Positions 24,237 through 37,943 of a DNA stretch of 64,000 nucleotides are shown here, piece by piece. A program made the translations under genes and the position numbers. The first letter of the stretch is position 1. Each line of letters opens with the position of its first letter. This DNA comes from Azolla caroliniana (taxonomy: Eukaryota; Plantae; Polypodiophyta), in assembly GCA_043228905.1 (NCBI GenBank), contig JBHGNT010000017.1, positions 11,594,001-11,658,000 of the forward strand. Reading direction: 5' to 3'. The notes under the pieces were generated by a model that saw nothing but the letters and a program-made list of their open reading frames with translations, was not told where the DNA came from and ran no database searches.

Positions 24237-26999
24237 CTATGACTATCACTACTTGAAGATGACCACATGCTGACCAAGATGTCGTTACAGCAGATAAATA
24301 AATGAATGACTTGGCCCCTCAATCCTCCTCCTGCTCCTGCATGCATCCTCTGATTCTTTCATTAGCCTGAATTCAGCTGTTTCCTGCTAATATCAGAATC
24401 TCTGTATATGAATATGAATATATATACATATAAATAAATAGATAGATAGATATATCATATATCCTTGTGTTCACATGTACATTATAATTTACATATATGT
24501 ATGTATAAGAAGAAGAAGCATAAGATTTCTCTCTTCAGCCTACTAATCCAATAAGCAAAAGCCATATCACGCACGTAAGTGTTAAAGTGAGAGTATGTAG
24601 TTATTGTAGACACAACCTAAGCCTAGATATATAGATAGAATACATATATGTATGTGCATGGAATATTTTGGGTTATATATACAATAAATACTATAGGTTT
24701 GTTTTTTACACCCAACAATGCATCGATCACATTCAATACAGCATCCCTTTTCCGTTGCTGTTCAAGCTCTTTATTTGTACAAAATGCCTCATCCGATTCG
24801 ATTCGCAACCCCCCCCCCCCCCCCCCCTCATCTCTAATATAGCAAATGCAACATCACATGATTTCTAGGCCTCCACATCATCCTCTACTCCAACGCCCTT
24901 TTGATTTCTTGAAATCTCAAAGCATCTAATTAGGTCTTTCTCTATCTCACTCATATTTTTCTACTCAAAATGATCCTATAAATATCGTAATCTTCTCAAA
25001 TCTCGTTGCCTTCATGACGAGATCTACGAAATCTTCCTCCAATGAACAACATTCCAACTACAACTTCTTATCCCAAATCATTTTTCCCATGAAGTGTTAT
25101 TGATCTCAATATGTTTGTCACATCTATGTACATCAACTCCCTCTCAATAAACATCCTAACTTTAGCTAAACCTTTCTCAACCATAACATTTTGTGTCATC
25201 ATAGCATGCCACTTACCTAATGTTCAAATATGTATGTGGAAACGTACGTAAGGACCTATAGATTTTGTTCAAAAAACAGCACAGAAGAAAGACAATGATG
25301 TATAAAGAGAATAGACAAGATTGAAGCTTTAATGGAAGCTATATTACTGCGTTCGTTCTCCCTTTCTCTCAGAGACTTGATATACAATATGATCAAGAGT
25401 TATCTTTACAACATTAGGTTATCTCTTATATACTAAGCCCTAACTCTTTAGTTGAGTTCACACTAGGATACAAATAGGAAGGAGTCGGCCTTTTATGCCA
25501 ACAAACTCTCTCGTAAAAGGACTACTCTTTCCTACATAAATCTAGATTACAAGATTAACCTAAATTTATATTATAAGTGGGTCAGCATGTAGCCGAGTCG
25601 GCAGAGGTGAAGTCGGTGTCGAGCCTAACGTGGTTAGTCATCATGATTGATCTAGTTGAATCTTACCTTCTACTATGTTAGGAAACAAGTCCCTCTAGAA
25701 GGGAAGAAGAGAGAGGAGCCGAGTTGATGAGAAACTGAAATAGTGGATATAGCCAACTAGGGAGACTATACTTGTAAATAGTTTGAACATGTGCCCCATG
25801 TGGGCTATGTATGTAAATAGCCATAAAGTTGTAATAATAGGTATAAATATAACTAGGGCAAAGTTTAGTAAGGTATGATGATGAGTCTTGTTGTAAGATA
25901 GAAGTGAACAGGTCGTCATCTGTGTAGCAGAGTGTAAGAGAAAGAGAGTGTGTGGGAGTGTGTGACTCCATAGCCGTCTATTGATGAAGGAGACCTCGAG
26001 GTTGCCACCTGCGAGTTTCTCATTGTACTCCTTTTCATCATATTGTTCTGTTTTAGAGTTTGTGGACTCCACGTGGTTTTTTCCCAGTTCGGGTTTCCAT
26101 GTTAAAATCTGTGTCTTTCTCTATTTCTTGTTTCTGTCTTGATCTTCTGGTTATTTTTTGCACACGAATATACGAACAACAACCGGTTGTGGCCGGTCGC
26201 GATTCTCAACAAACTGGTATCAGAGCGATGGAAGATTTGTACAGCGGCATGTTCAAGTTAACTGGCTCCAACTACTCAGTGTGGAAGTCGAAGATGAGAG
26301 ACATGCTCGTGTGCAAAGATCTCTGGCTACTAGTGTAGTTCGGAAATAAAAGGCCAAACAAGATCAATGCAACGGTTTGGGAAGCATTTGATGGAAATGA
26401 TCCACACTTTCTGAACTTCACCTCTCGGCCACAACCAAGGAAACACACGAATCGTTGTTGCAGAAAATAGGAAATGCGAAAAATAGAGAGGACACACGAT
26501 TTAACGTGGAAAACCCTGTACGGGAAAAACCACGGGAGTACAAGACTCCGAACCAAAACTATGCACAGAGAAGTATACAATGGCGAGCTGCAAGGCGACG
26601 ACCTTGAGCTCGCTGTCCTCGCCACAGGCGGCGGAAATACACAGAGGCGTCGACCTCTTCCTCTCTCACGCTCTATCTCTCTCACGGCTGCTCTCACTTC
26701 ACTCCTCTTGAGTGGAAAAACAGAAAAATGATAAGCCACATTAAAACTGTTTGCCCTAAGTCATATTTATACACATATGACTTTGGGGCTATTTACAACT
26801 ATAGCCTCAAGGGCCCTTGGCAAACATATTCACAGATATGTCCCCGCATCCGGATCTCTCTCCGGGTACATTCGTCATCCGGCTCCAAAGCCGGGGTCTT
26901 CATCATCCGGTTCCGAAACCGAAACCGGGCTTGTCGGCATTCATCTCCGATATCCGACCATCCCATCCGAAGGGACCGTAATCCCAACAAACTCCCCCT

Positions 27000-29900
27000 T
27001 CACTTCGGCATGGGATGTCTCTCCAATCCGATCCTCTTCCGGCATGCTTCCAGCTTGTCGGGTGTGAGTACCTTGGTCAGCATATCCGACCCGTTCTCGT
27101 CCGTGTGGACCTTCGTCAGCACGAACTCCTTGTCTTCTATCCTTTCCCGGATCCAGTGATATCTTCGCTGGATGTGCTTCGTCCGGGAGTGATAGGCCGC
27201 GTTCTTCGCAAGGTGGATTGCACTCTGACTGTCGCAGTAGAGTCGGTACTCCTCCTGCCGGATACCGAGCTCTCTAGTGAAGTCCTTCATCCATATTATT
27301 TCCTTGCCGGCTTCAACAGCCGCCATGTACTCCGCCTCCGTGGTTGACAACGCAACCGTCTTCTGCAGCCTCGACTGCCATGAAACAGCTCCCCCTGCAT
27401 ACGTCATCACATACCCTGATGTGGACCGGCTGGTATCTGCATCAGCCGACATATCCGAATCGGTGAAGCCATCGAGTTCGGGCTTACCGGAGCCGAATCG
27501 GAGGCACACGTTTGCCATGCCCTTCAGGTATCGGAGTATCCACTTGGCCGCGTTCCAATGCTCTTTGCCGGGATTGCTCATGTACCGGCTCACCACTCCG
27601 ACTGCGTATCCAATGTCCGGTCTTGTACACACCATTGCGTACATCAAGCTTCCGACGGCAGAGGCATATGGCACTTTCATCATGTCCTCCTTCTCAGCCT
27701 TTGTCTTGGGGCTTTGCTTGCTGGACAGCTTGCAGTTTGCCGGGAGGGTCGATCCGACCGGTCTTGCTTCCGACATGTTGAACCGTTTAAGCACCTTTGT
27801 CACGTACTTCTCCTGTGACAGCCACAACTGCTTCTTGCTCCGGTCCCGGATGATGTGCATCCCTAGTATTTGTCTCACCGGACCCAAGTCTTTCATTGAG
27901 AAGGTTCGGTGAAGAGCCTTCTTCAGCATCCGTATCTTGACCTGGTCCCGTCCGATGATCAACATGTCGTCCACGTACAGGAGGAGTATTAGAAAGTCTC
28001 CTCCTTCGAACTTCTTCACAAACACGCAGTGGTCGGACTGCGTTTTGAGGTACCCTTCGTCGGTCATGAAGGAGTCGAACTTCCGGTACCATTGCCGGGG
28101 AGCCTGCTTCAGTCCGTAAAGGCTCTTCTTCAACCGGCATACCAGGTGCTCCTTCCCTTTCTTCTCGAATCCTTCAGGTTGCTGCATGTAGATCTCTTCT
28201 TCGAGGTCACCGTGAAGGAATGCCGTCTTCACGTCCATCTGTTCTACCTCGAGGTCCATGCTTGCCGCTATGCTCAGCATCGTCCGGATGGAGGTCATCT
28301 TCACTACCGGGGCAAATATCTCATCGAAGTCGACGCCCTTCTTCTACTGAAACCCCTTCACCACGATCCTGGCTTTGTATCTCGGGGGGTTTCCGGCATC
28401 TCCCGGTTTCAGCTTGAACACCCACTTGTTTCGAAGTGCCCGCTTTCCTTTCGGCAACTCCACAAGTTCATATGTGTGGTTCTCATGCAGGGAATCTATC
28501 TCGTCCTACATGGCACTCAACCACCTGCAGCTCTGGGTGTCATGTTTTGCTTCTTCAAAGCTCTCCAGCTCCCCCTCGTCGGTTAGCAGCACGTGCTCTG
28601 GTTCCGGAAATCTCCAGGGGGCCCTTCTCTCTCTTAGAGGATATCTCCGTTCCGGAGCTTCGGTAACCGGTTCTTCCGATTCTTCTTCATCCGAATCCAT
28701 TTCGGGATCGGGGCCGGTTCCGGTATCATTTTCATCTTCTTCGGCCGGTTCTGATTCTTCACCGTCTTCGGCCGGATCCTCGAGTGCTAACCGGTCCCTT
28801 GCCGGTCGGGACTGCTCCTCGTAGAGTTGATCCTCACCGGTCGACTTGGAGCTCTTCATCTTCTTCTCCGACTCCCAGTCGGCGAGTGTCTTGTTCTCCA
28901 TGAAGACGATATCACGACTCCGGAATATCCTCTTGTCGACCGGGTCCCATACTCGGTAGCCGAACTCGTCATCGCCGTAACCGAGGAATATGCATGGCCG
29001 GGTCTTTGGATCTAGCTTTCCTCTCCGGTCCTTTGCCACATGCACGTATGCGAGACACCCGAACACCTTCAGATGCCGGTAGGATACTTCCCTACCGGTC
29101 CACACTCTCTGCGGCGTGTCTCCGTCCGAAGGTACTGAGGGTGATCTGTTTATCACGTATGTCGCCGTCGACATCGCCTCAGCCCAAAACCCCTTGGGTA
29201 ATTCCGCATGCGCCAACATACTCCGGACCCTCTCCATTATGGTCCGGTTCATCCTCTCGGCCAGCCCGTTCAGTTCCGGCGTCTTCGGCACAGTAAACTC
29301 GAGCCGGATTCCCTTCGAGCGATAGTACTCCGCGAACTGCCCCCGGTATTCCCCTCCGTTATCCGCTCGTATCGCTTTCAGCTTCTTGCCAGATTCCCTT
29401 TCCACTCTCGCGTGGAGTTCTTTGAAGACGCACAACACTTGGTCCTTTGTCTTCAACGGTGCCGTCCATAGCTTCCGGCTGTGATCATCAATGAATGTTA
29501 CGAAGTACTGGGCTCCGCCATGTGACTTCGTTTCTACCTGACACACATCAGTGTGCACCAACTCCAATGGTGCGCTACGTCTCGTCGGTGGCCTTGAATG
29601 GAAGGAGGTTCGGTTCTGCTTACCGGCCAGGCAATCGGTGCACTTCTCCAGGTGCACATGCTTCACTGGAATAAGGTTGTCTTCTGCAAGCCTCTTCATC
29701 CCCTTCTCACTCATGTGGCACAGTCTTTTGTGCCACAGCTCACCGGCAGTGTCGGCTGCCACATTCAGCTCTTCCGGACATAACCGGGCATTCATCAGAT
29801 ACAGTGTGTTGTCTTTCCGGGCCCGAGCCACTATCAGGCTCCCCTTGCTGAACTTCATTACGCCGTTCCGAATGCTACCGGTGTAGCCTTCATCGTCTAG

Positions 29901-31073
29901 CCTCCCGGCCGAAATCAGGTTCAGTCGAACCTCCGGAACGTGTCGGACATCCTTCAACAGCATTTTGCATCCGGTCGAGGTTGTCAACCACACGTCTCCT
30001 ATGCCGGCAATCCGGCACGTACCTTCATTTCCCATCCAAACACAGCCATGTTCACCGGCTGTGTAGGATGAGAAGTATCTTCTTTCCGGGGTCAAGTGGA
30101 ACGATGCTCTGGAATCGACCACCCAGGTCGTCTCATCGCCGGCAATGTTTAGTTCACCTTCTTCGGTGATGAGCATGATTTCTTCCTCACTTGCCGCGAG
30201 TGCCGTCGTTCCTTTCCTGTCCTGCCCTCGCCGATCCGGACCTCTTCGGTCCGTGGCTCTCCGGTATGCACCGTTTCTATCCGGTGACTTCTTCAAATCG
30301 GTGTCGTCGGCTCCGTTGTCCTTTCGGTAATGCCGACAATTCTTCCGGAAGTGCCCCGGCTTCCCACAGTGGAAGCATGTGGGTCTTCCTCTTGACTGCG
30401 ACCAGGTCCCCGACTTCTCCCGTCTTTGCGGACTCCGGTTCCATTGTCTTCCCCGTTCCGATTCGGTAAGCAGCGCCTTCGAGTCGGAGGCCGGTTCTTT
30501 ATCTCTCCGACGCGCTTCTTCGTTCAAAATACTTGTCTTTACCGTTTGTAGGGACAAGTTATCTTCCGTGCAGGAGGTGCTGAGAGTCACCACCAAGTTC
30601 TCCCAGCTTTCCGGCAATGTACACATCAGAATGATGGCTTGCATTGCATCCTCCAGCGGGAACTTGATCGCCGCAAGCTGGTTCACGAATCCCATGAACG
30701 TGCTTACGTGTTCCACCATACTCTCGCCGTCCCGGTACTTGAGGTTCACTATCTTCCTCATCAGGGAGGTCCGGTTCAACGCATTCTTCCTCTCGTAGAG
30801 GCCCGACAGCTTCCGCCACATCTCATATGCGTTGATGTCGTTCGCCACATGTTGTAGAACGCTCACGTCTACGTATTGCCGAATGGTTGCAACGGCTTTC
30901 CGGTTCAGAAGCCTCCATTCCGACTCAAGTACTCCCTTCGGTATTTCCGACCTGTCAATCGGTTCGTACAGGTCCCGAGCAATCAGAAGATCCTCCATCT
31001 TGATCTTCCAGTCGGCGTAATTCTGCGCATTCAGCACCATCATCCCCGGCTGCCCGCTGCCGCCGCCTTCCAT
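27000..31073 (-). pseudogene. Copia gag-pol of tandem unit 1; complete domain set with two in-frame TAG stops
   Basis: Starts MEGGG at 31073 and carries CCHC, WVVDS, WHKRLCH, FIDD, YVDD and RNase H motifs. TAG stops are at 28506-28508 and 28344-28346. Confidence 0.93.
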
Positions 31074-31714
31074 TTTCTGCAGCAGCCCGCTCTGATACCA
31101 AATTGATGGAAATGATCCACACTTTCTGAACTTCACCTCTCGGCCACAACCAAGGAAACACACGAATCGTTGTTGCAGAAAATAGGAAATGCGAAAAATA
31201 GAGAGGACACACGATTTAACGTGGAAAACCCTGTACGGGAAAAACCACGGGAGTACAAGACTCCGAACCAAAACTATGCACAGAGAAGTATACAATGGCG
31301 AGCTGCAAGGCGACGACCTTGAGCTCGCTGTCCTCGCCACAGGCGGCGGAAATACACAGAGGCGTCGACCTCTTCCTCTCTCACGCTCTATCTCTCTCAC
31401 GGCTGCTCTCACTTCACTCCTCTTGAGTGGAAAAACAGAAAAATGATAAGCCACATTAAAACTGTTTGCCCTAAGTCATATTTATACACATATGACTTTG
31501 GGGCTATTTACAACTATAGCCTCAAGGGCCCTTGGCAAACATATTCACAGATATGTCCCCGCATCCGGATCTCTCTCCGGGTACATTCGTCATCCGGCTC
31601 CAAAGCCGGGGTCTTCATCATCCGGTTCCGAAACCGAAACCGGGCTTGTCGGCATTCATCTCCGATATCCGACCATCCCATCCGAAGGGACCGTAATCCC
31701 AACAAACTCCCCCT

Positions 31715-34700
31715 TCACTTCGGCATGGGATGTCTCTCCAATCCGATCCTCTTCCGGCATGCTTCCAGCTTGTCGGGTGTGAGTACCTTGGTCAGCATAT
31801 CCGACCCGTTCTCGTCCGTGTGGACCTTCGTCAGCACGAACTCCTTGTCTTCTATCCTTTCCCGGATCCAGTGATATCTTCGCTGGATGTGCTTCGTCCG
31901 GGAGTGATAGGCCGCGTTCTTCGCAAGGTGGATTGCACTCTGACTGTCGCAGTAGAGTCGGTACTCCTCCTGCCGGATACCGAGCTCTCTAGTGAAGTCC
32001 TTCATCCATATTATTTCCTTGCCGGCTTCAACAGCCGCCATGTACTCCGCCTCCGTGGTTGACAACGCAACCGTCTTCTGCAGCCTCGACTGCCATGAAA
32101 CAGCTCCCCCTGCATACGTCATCACATACCCTGATGTGGACCGGCTGGTATCTGCATCAGCCGACATATCCGAATCGGTGAAGCCATCGAGTTCGGGCTT
32201 ACCGGAGCCGAATCGGAGGCACACGTTTGCCATGCCCTTCAGGTATCGGAGTATCCACTTGGCCGCGTTCCAATGCTCTTTGCCGGGATTGCTCATGTAC
32301 CGGCTCACCACTCCGACTGCGTATCCAATGTCCGGTCTTGTACACACCATTGCGTACATCAAGCTTCCGACGGCAGAGGCATATGGCACTTTCATCATGT
32401 CCTCCTTCTCAGCCTTTGTCTTGGGGCTTTGCTTGCTGGACAGCTTGCAGTTTGCCGGGAGGGTCGATCCGACCGGTCTTGCTTCCGACATGTTGAACCG
32501 TTTAAGCACCTTTGTCACGTACTTCTCCTGTGACAGCCACAACTGCTTCTTGCTCCGGTCCCGGATGATGTGCATCCCTAGTATTTGTCTCACCGGACCC
32601 AAGTCTTTCATTGAGAAGGTTCGGTGAAGAGCCTTCTTCAGCATCCGTATCTTGACCTGGTCCCGTCCGATGATCAACATGTCGTCCACGTACAGGAGGA
32701 GTATTAGAAAGTCTCCTCCTTCGAACTTCTTCACAAACACGCAGTGGTCGGACTGCGTTTTGAGGTACCCTTCGTCGGTCATGAAGGAGTCGAACTTCCG
32801 GTACCATTGCCGGGGAGCCTGCTTCAGTCCGTAAAGGCTCTTCTTCAACCGGCATACCAGGTGCTCCTTCCCTTTCTTCTCGAATCCTTCAGGTTGCTGC
32901 ATGTAGATCTCTTCTTCGAGGTCACCGTGAAGGAATGCCGTCTTCACGTCCATCTGTTCTACCTCGAGGTCCATGCTTGCCGCTATGCTCAGCATCGTCC
33001 GGATGGAGGTCATCTTCACTACCGGGGCAAATATCTCATCGAAGTCGACGCCCTTCTTCTACTGAAACCCCTTCACCACGATCCTGGCTTTGTATCTCGG
33101 GGGGTTTCCGGCATCTCCCGGTTTCAGCTTGAACACCCACTTGTTTCGAAGTGCCCGCTTTCCTTTCGGCAACTCCACAAGTTCATATGTGTGGTTCTCA
33201 TGCAGGGAATCTATCTCGTCCTACATGGCACTCAACCACCTGCAGCTCTGGGTGTCATGTTTTGCTTCTTCAAAGCTCTCCAGCTCCCCCTCGTCGGTTA
33301 GCAGCACGTGCTCTGGTTCCGGAAATCTCCAGGGGGCCCTTCTCTCTCTTAGAGGATATCTCCGTTCCGGAGCTTCGGTAACCGGTTCTTCCGATTCTTC
33401 TTCATCCGAATCCATTTCGGGATCGGGGCCGGTTCCGGTATCATTTTCATCTTCTTCGGCCGGTTCTGATTCTTCACCGTCTTCGGCCGGATCCTCGAGT
33501 GCTAACCGGTCCCTTGCCGGTCGGGACTGCTCCTCGTAGAGTTGATCCTCACCGGTCGACTTGGAGCTCTTCATCTTCTTCTCCGACTCCCAGTCGGCGA
33601 GTGTCTTGTTCTCCATGAAGACGATATCACGACTCCGGAATATCCTCTTGTCGACCGGGTCCCATACTCGGTAGCCGAACTCGTCATCGCCGTAACCGAG
33701 GAATATGCATGGCCGGGTCTTTGGATCTAGCTTTCCTCTCCGGTCCTTTGCCACATGCACGTATGCGAGACACCCGAACACCTTCAGATGCCGGTAGGAT
33801 ACTTCCCTACCGGTCCACACTCTCTGCGGCGTGTCTCCGTCCGAAGGTACTGAGGGTGATCTGTTTATCACGTATGTCGCCGTCGACATCGCCTCAGCCC
33901 AAAACCCCTTGGGTAATTCCGCATGCGCCAACATACTCCGGACCCTCTCCATTATGGTCCGGTTCATCCTCTCGGCCAGCCCGTTCAGTTCCGGCGTCTT
34001 CGGCACAGTAAACTCGAGCCGGATTCCCTTCGAGCGATAGTACTCCGCGAACTGCCCCCGGTATTCCCCTCCGTTATCCGCTCGTATCGCTTTCAGCTTC
34101 TTGCCAGATTCCCTTTCCACTCTCGCGTGGAGTTCTTTGAAGACGCACAACACTTGGTCCTTTGTCTTCAACGGTGCCGTCCATAGCTTCCGGCTGTGAT
34201 CATCAATGAATGTTACGAAGTACTGGGCTCCGCCATGTGACTTCGTTTCTACCTGACACACATCAGTGTGCACCAACTCCAATGGTGCGCTACGTCTCGT
34301 CGGTGGCCTTGAATGGAAGGAGGTTCGGTTCTGCTTACCGGCCAGGCAATCGGTGCACTTCTCCAGGTGCACATGCTTCACTGGAATAAGGTTGTCTTCT
34401 GCAAGCCTCTTCATCCCCTTCTCACTCATGTGGCACAGTCTTTTGTGCCACAGCTCACCGGCAGTGTCGGCTGCCACATTCAGCTCTTCCGGACATAACC
34501 GGGCATTCATCAGATACAGTGTGTTGTCTTTCCGGGCCCGAGCCACTATCAGGCTCCCCTTGCTGAACTTCATTACGCCGTTCCGAATGCTACCGGTGTA
34601 GCCTTCATCGTCTAGCCTCCCGGCCGAAATCAGGTTCAGTCGAACCTCCGGAACGTGTCGGACATCCTTCAACAGCATTTTGCATCCGGTCGAGGTTGTC

Positions 34701-35788
34701 AACCACACGTCTCCTATGCCGGCAATCCGGCACGTACCTTCATTTCCCATCCAAACACAGCCATGTTCACCGGCTGTGTAGGATGAGAAGTATCTTCTTT
34801 CCGGGGTCAAGTGGAACGATGCTCTGGAATCGACCACCCAGGTCGTCTCATCGCCGGCAATGTTTAGTTCACCTTCTTCGGTGATGAGCATGATTTCTTC
34901 CTCACTTGCCGCGAGTGCCGTCGTTCCTTTCCTGTCCTGCCCTCGCCGATCCGGACCTCTTCGGTCCGTGGCTCTCCGGTATGCACCGTTTCTATCCGGT
35001 GACTTCTTCAAATCGGTGTCGTCGGCTCCGTTGTCCTTTCGGTAATGCCGACAATTCTTCCGGAAGTGCCCCGGCTTCCCACAGTGGAAGCATGTGGGTC
35101 TTCCTCTTGACTGCGACCAGGTCCCCGACTTCTCCCGTCTTTGCGGACTCCGGTTCCATTGTCTTCCCCGTTCCGATTCGGTAAGCAGCGCCTTCGAGTC
35201 GGAGGCCGGTTCTTTATCTCTCCGACGCGCTTCTTCGTTCAAAATACTTGTCTTTACCGTTTGTAGGGACAAGTTATCTTCCGTGCAGGAGGTGCTGAGA
35301 GTCACCACCAAGTTCTCCCAGCTTTCCGGCAATGTACACATCAGAATGATGGCTTGCATTGCATCCTCCAGCGGGAACTTGATCGCCGCAAGCTGGTTCA
35401 CGAATCCCATGAACGTGCTTACGTGTTCCACCATACTCTCGCCGTCCCGGTACTTGAGGTTCACTATCTTCCTCATCAGGGAGGTCCGGTTCAACGCATT
35501 CTTCCTCTCGTAGAGGCCCGACAGCTTCCGCCACATCTCATATGCGTTGATGTCGTTCGCCACATGTTGTAGAACGCTCACGTCTACGTATTGCCGAATG
35601 GTTGCAACGGCTTTCCGGTTCAGAAGCCTCCATTCCGACTCAAGTACTCCCTTCGGTATTTCCGACCTGTCAATCGGTTCGTACAGGTCCCGAGCAATCA
35701 GAAGATCCTCCATCTTGATCTTCCAGTCGGCGTAATTCTGCGCATTCAGCACCATCATCCCCGGCTGCCCGCTGCCGCCGCCTTCCAT
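31715..35788 (-). pseudogene. Copia gag-pol of tandem unit 2; same two TAG stops
   Basis: The ORF track is identical to unit 1, offset by 4,715 bp. TAG stops are at 33221-33223 and 33059-33061. Confidence 0.93.
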
Positions 35789-37943
35789 TTTCTGCAGCAG
35801 CCCGCTCTGATACCAAATTGATGGAAATGATCCACACTTTCTGAACTTCACCTCTCGGCCACAACCAAGGAAACACACGAATCGTTGTTGCAGAAAATAG
35901 GAAATGCGAAAAATAGAGAGGACACACGATTTAACGTGGAAAACCCTGTACGGGAAAAACCACGGGAGTACAAGACTCCGAACCAAAACTATGCACAGAG
36001 AAGTATACAATGGCGAGCTGCAAGGCGACGACCTTGAGCTCGCTGTCCTCGCCACAGGCGGCGGAAATACACAGAGGCGTCGACCTCTTCCTCTCTCACG
36101 CTCTATCTCTCTCACGGCTGCTCTCACTTCACTCCTCTTGAGTGGAAAAACAGAAAAATGATAAGCCACATTAAAACTGTTTGCCCTAAGTCATATTTAT
36201 ACACATATGACTTTGGGGCTATTTACAACTATAGCCTCAAGGGCCCTTGGCAAACATATTCACAGATATGTCCCCGCATCCGGATCTCTCTCCGGGTACA
36301 TTCGTCATCCGGCTCCAAAGCCGGGGTCTTCATCATCCGGTTCCGAAACCGAAACCGGGCTTGTCGGCATTCATCTCCGATATCCGACCATCCCATCCGA
36401 AGGGACCGTAATCCCAACAGCATTGCACTTGAAAGCAACCGCATACATAAGATGTTTTATAGACATGAGTCTATACAACAACTTCGGCGAAGGAACAGAA
36501 GCAGACGTCCTGTGGAAGAAGATCGGCGTCATGTTTGAAAACAAGAACGCTTTGAATAAAGTCTTAGTATTCAGGAAAATCGTGAGACTTAGATATTAGG
36601 ATGGCTCTAGCATGGCGGAGCACATCAATGCCTTCCAAGGACTGATGAACCAGACCACCTCTCTAGAAGTACCTCTTGCTGATGAGGTATTTGCACTATT
36701 CTTGCTTGGATCCCTTCCGGATAGTTGGGAGGCGCTCGTTGTCACACTAGGCAATGCGGGACTGGAAGGGAAACAGTTATCCCTAGAGCAGGTGAAGTTG
36801 AGCTTGCTGAATGAAGAATCTCGCCGGAAGGATTGAGAGTCCAATACCGACCAGAAGGCTCTCATCACACAAGGTGATATGGATAGAGGAAGGAGCTGAA
36901 ATCGAAGTCCCAGAACCAAGATAAGTCGGGGACAAGGTCGAAGTCAAAGGGAAGCCCTACGTGCTTCTATTGTGGGAAGTCGGGGCACTTCCAGAAGAAT
37001 TGCCGACATTTCAGAAAGGAAAAAGGGGGACCTGATGGTGTGCAACCGAAAAGAATTTCGGAAAGCAAGAACACCTCAGCTATCGCAACAAGTGAAGAGG
37101 AGTTGCTGCTCATCAGTGAGCAAAATGAAGTGAACCTTGTCGGCGATGAATCGACATGGGTAGTTGATTCGGGCGCATCATTTCACCTAACCCCTGACTG
37201 GAAATGCTTCTCGTCTTACAAAGCTAGAGATCTTGGTTTTGTGAAGATGGGAAATGAAGGAGCATGCCGGATCGTTGGCATTGGAGATGTGTGTTTGGTG
37301 ACCTCAACCAGGTGCAGACTTGTGTTGGGAGATATACGACATGTTCCAGAAGTTTGATTGAACTTGATATCATCCGGTCGGCTAGATGACGAAGGCTACA
37401 CGAGTATCATAAGGAACGGGGTCATGAAGTTCTGCAAGGGAAGCCTGATCATGGCTAGAGCCCGGAAAACCAGCACAGTCTATGTGATGCATGCTCGATT
37501 ATGCCGAGGGGAAGAAAATGTGGCAGCCGACATGGTCGGAGAATTGTGGCACAAGAGGCTGTGCCATATGAGCGAGAAGGGGATGCGAAAGCTTGCCAAG
37601 GATAACCTCATTCCAGAGGTGAAGGATATGCAACTAAAGAAGTGCACGGATTGCTTGTCTGGCAAGCAAAATAGAACATCCTTCCGAGCAAGGCCCCCGA
37701 TGAGCAAGAAGATGCCGTTGGAACTCATGCATACGGATGTATGCTACGTGGACACAAAGTCGCATAGCGGTTCACAGTACTTCATGACCTTTATAGATGA
37801 CTATAGTTGGAAGTTGTGACCAAGTGATATCCTTCATCAAAGAGTTCCAAGCGAGGGCCGAGAGAGAAACTGGTTGGAAGTTGAGGGCAGTCTGAGCGGA
37901 AAATGGCAGAGAATACAGTGGACTGTTCGACGAATACTACCGA

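Larger units (their letters stand above)
26389..36419 (-). mobile_element. Three-LTR tandem Copia dimer (LTRs 26389..26989, 31104..31704, 35819..36419; period 4,715 bp; TSD GCATT)
   Basis: The 601-bp LTRs and the two internal units look identical. The middle LTR has a PBS-iMet on one side (31089-31100) and a PPT on the other. GCATT occurs at 26384-26388 and 36420-36424. Confidence 0.97.

Noticed and set aside
24809-24827. Poly-C tract (poly-G on minus) upstream of the PPR
   Set aside because: A simple homopolymer. A G-quadruplex role is possible but unsupported, and its length is prone to sequencing error.
28344-28508. Stop-codon read-through between IN and RT
   Set aside because: There are two separate TAGs, both CAG in relatives and typical of methyl-C deamination, with no read-through context.
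31074-31454. 127-codon in-frame extension of gag through R/U5/PBS (982-aa ORF)
   Set aside because: The ATG lies at about the expected TSS and no equivalent is seen in related families here. The real start is most likely MEGGG at 31073.
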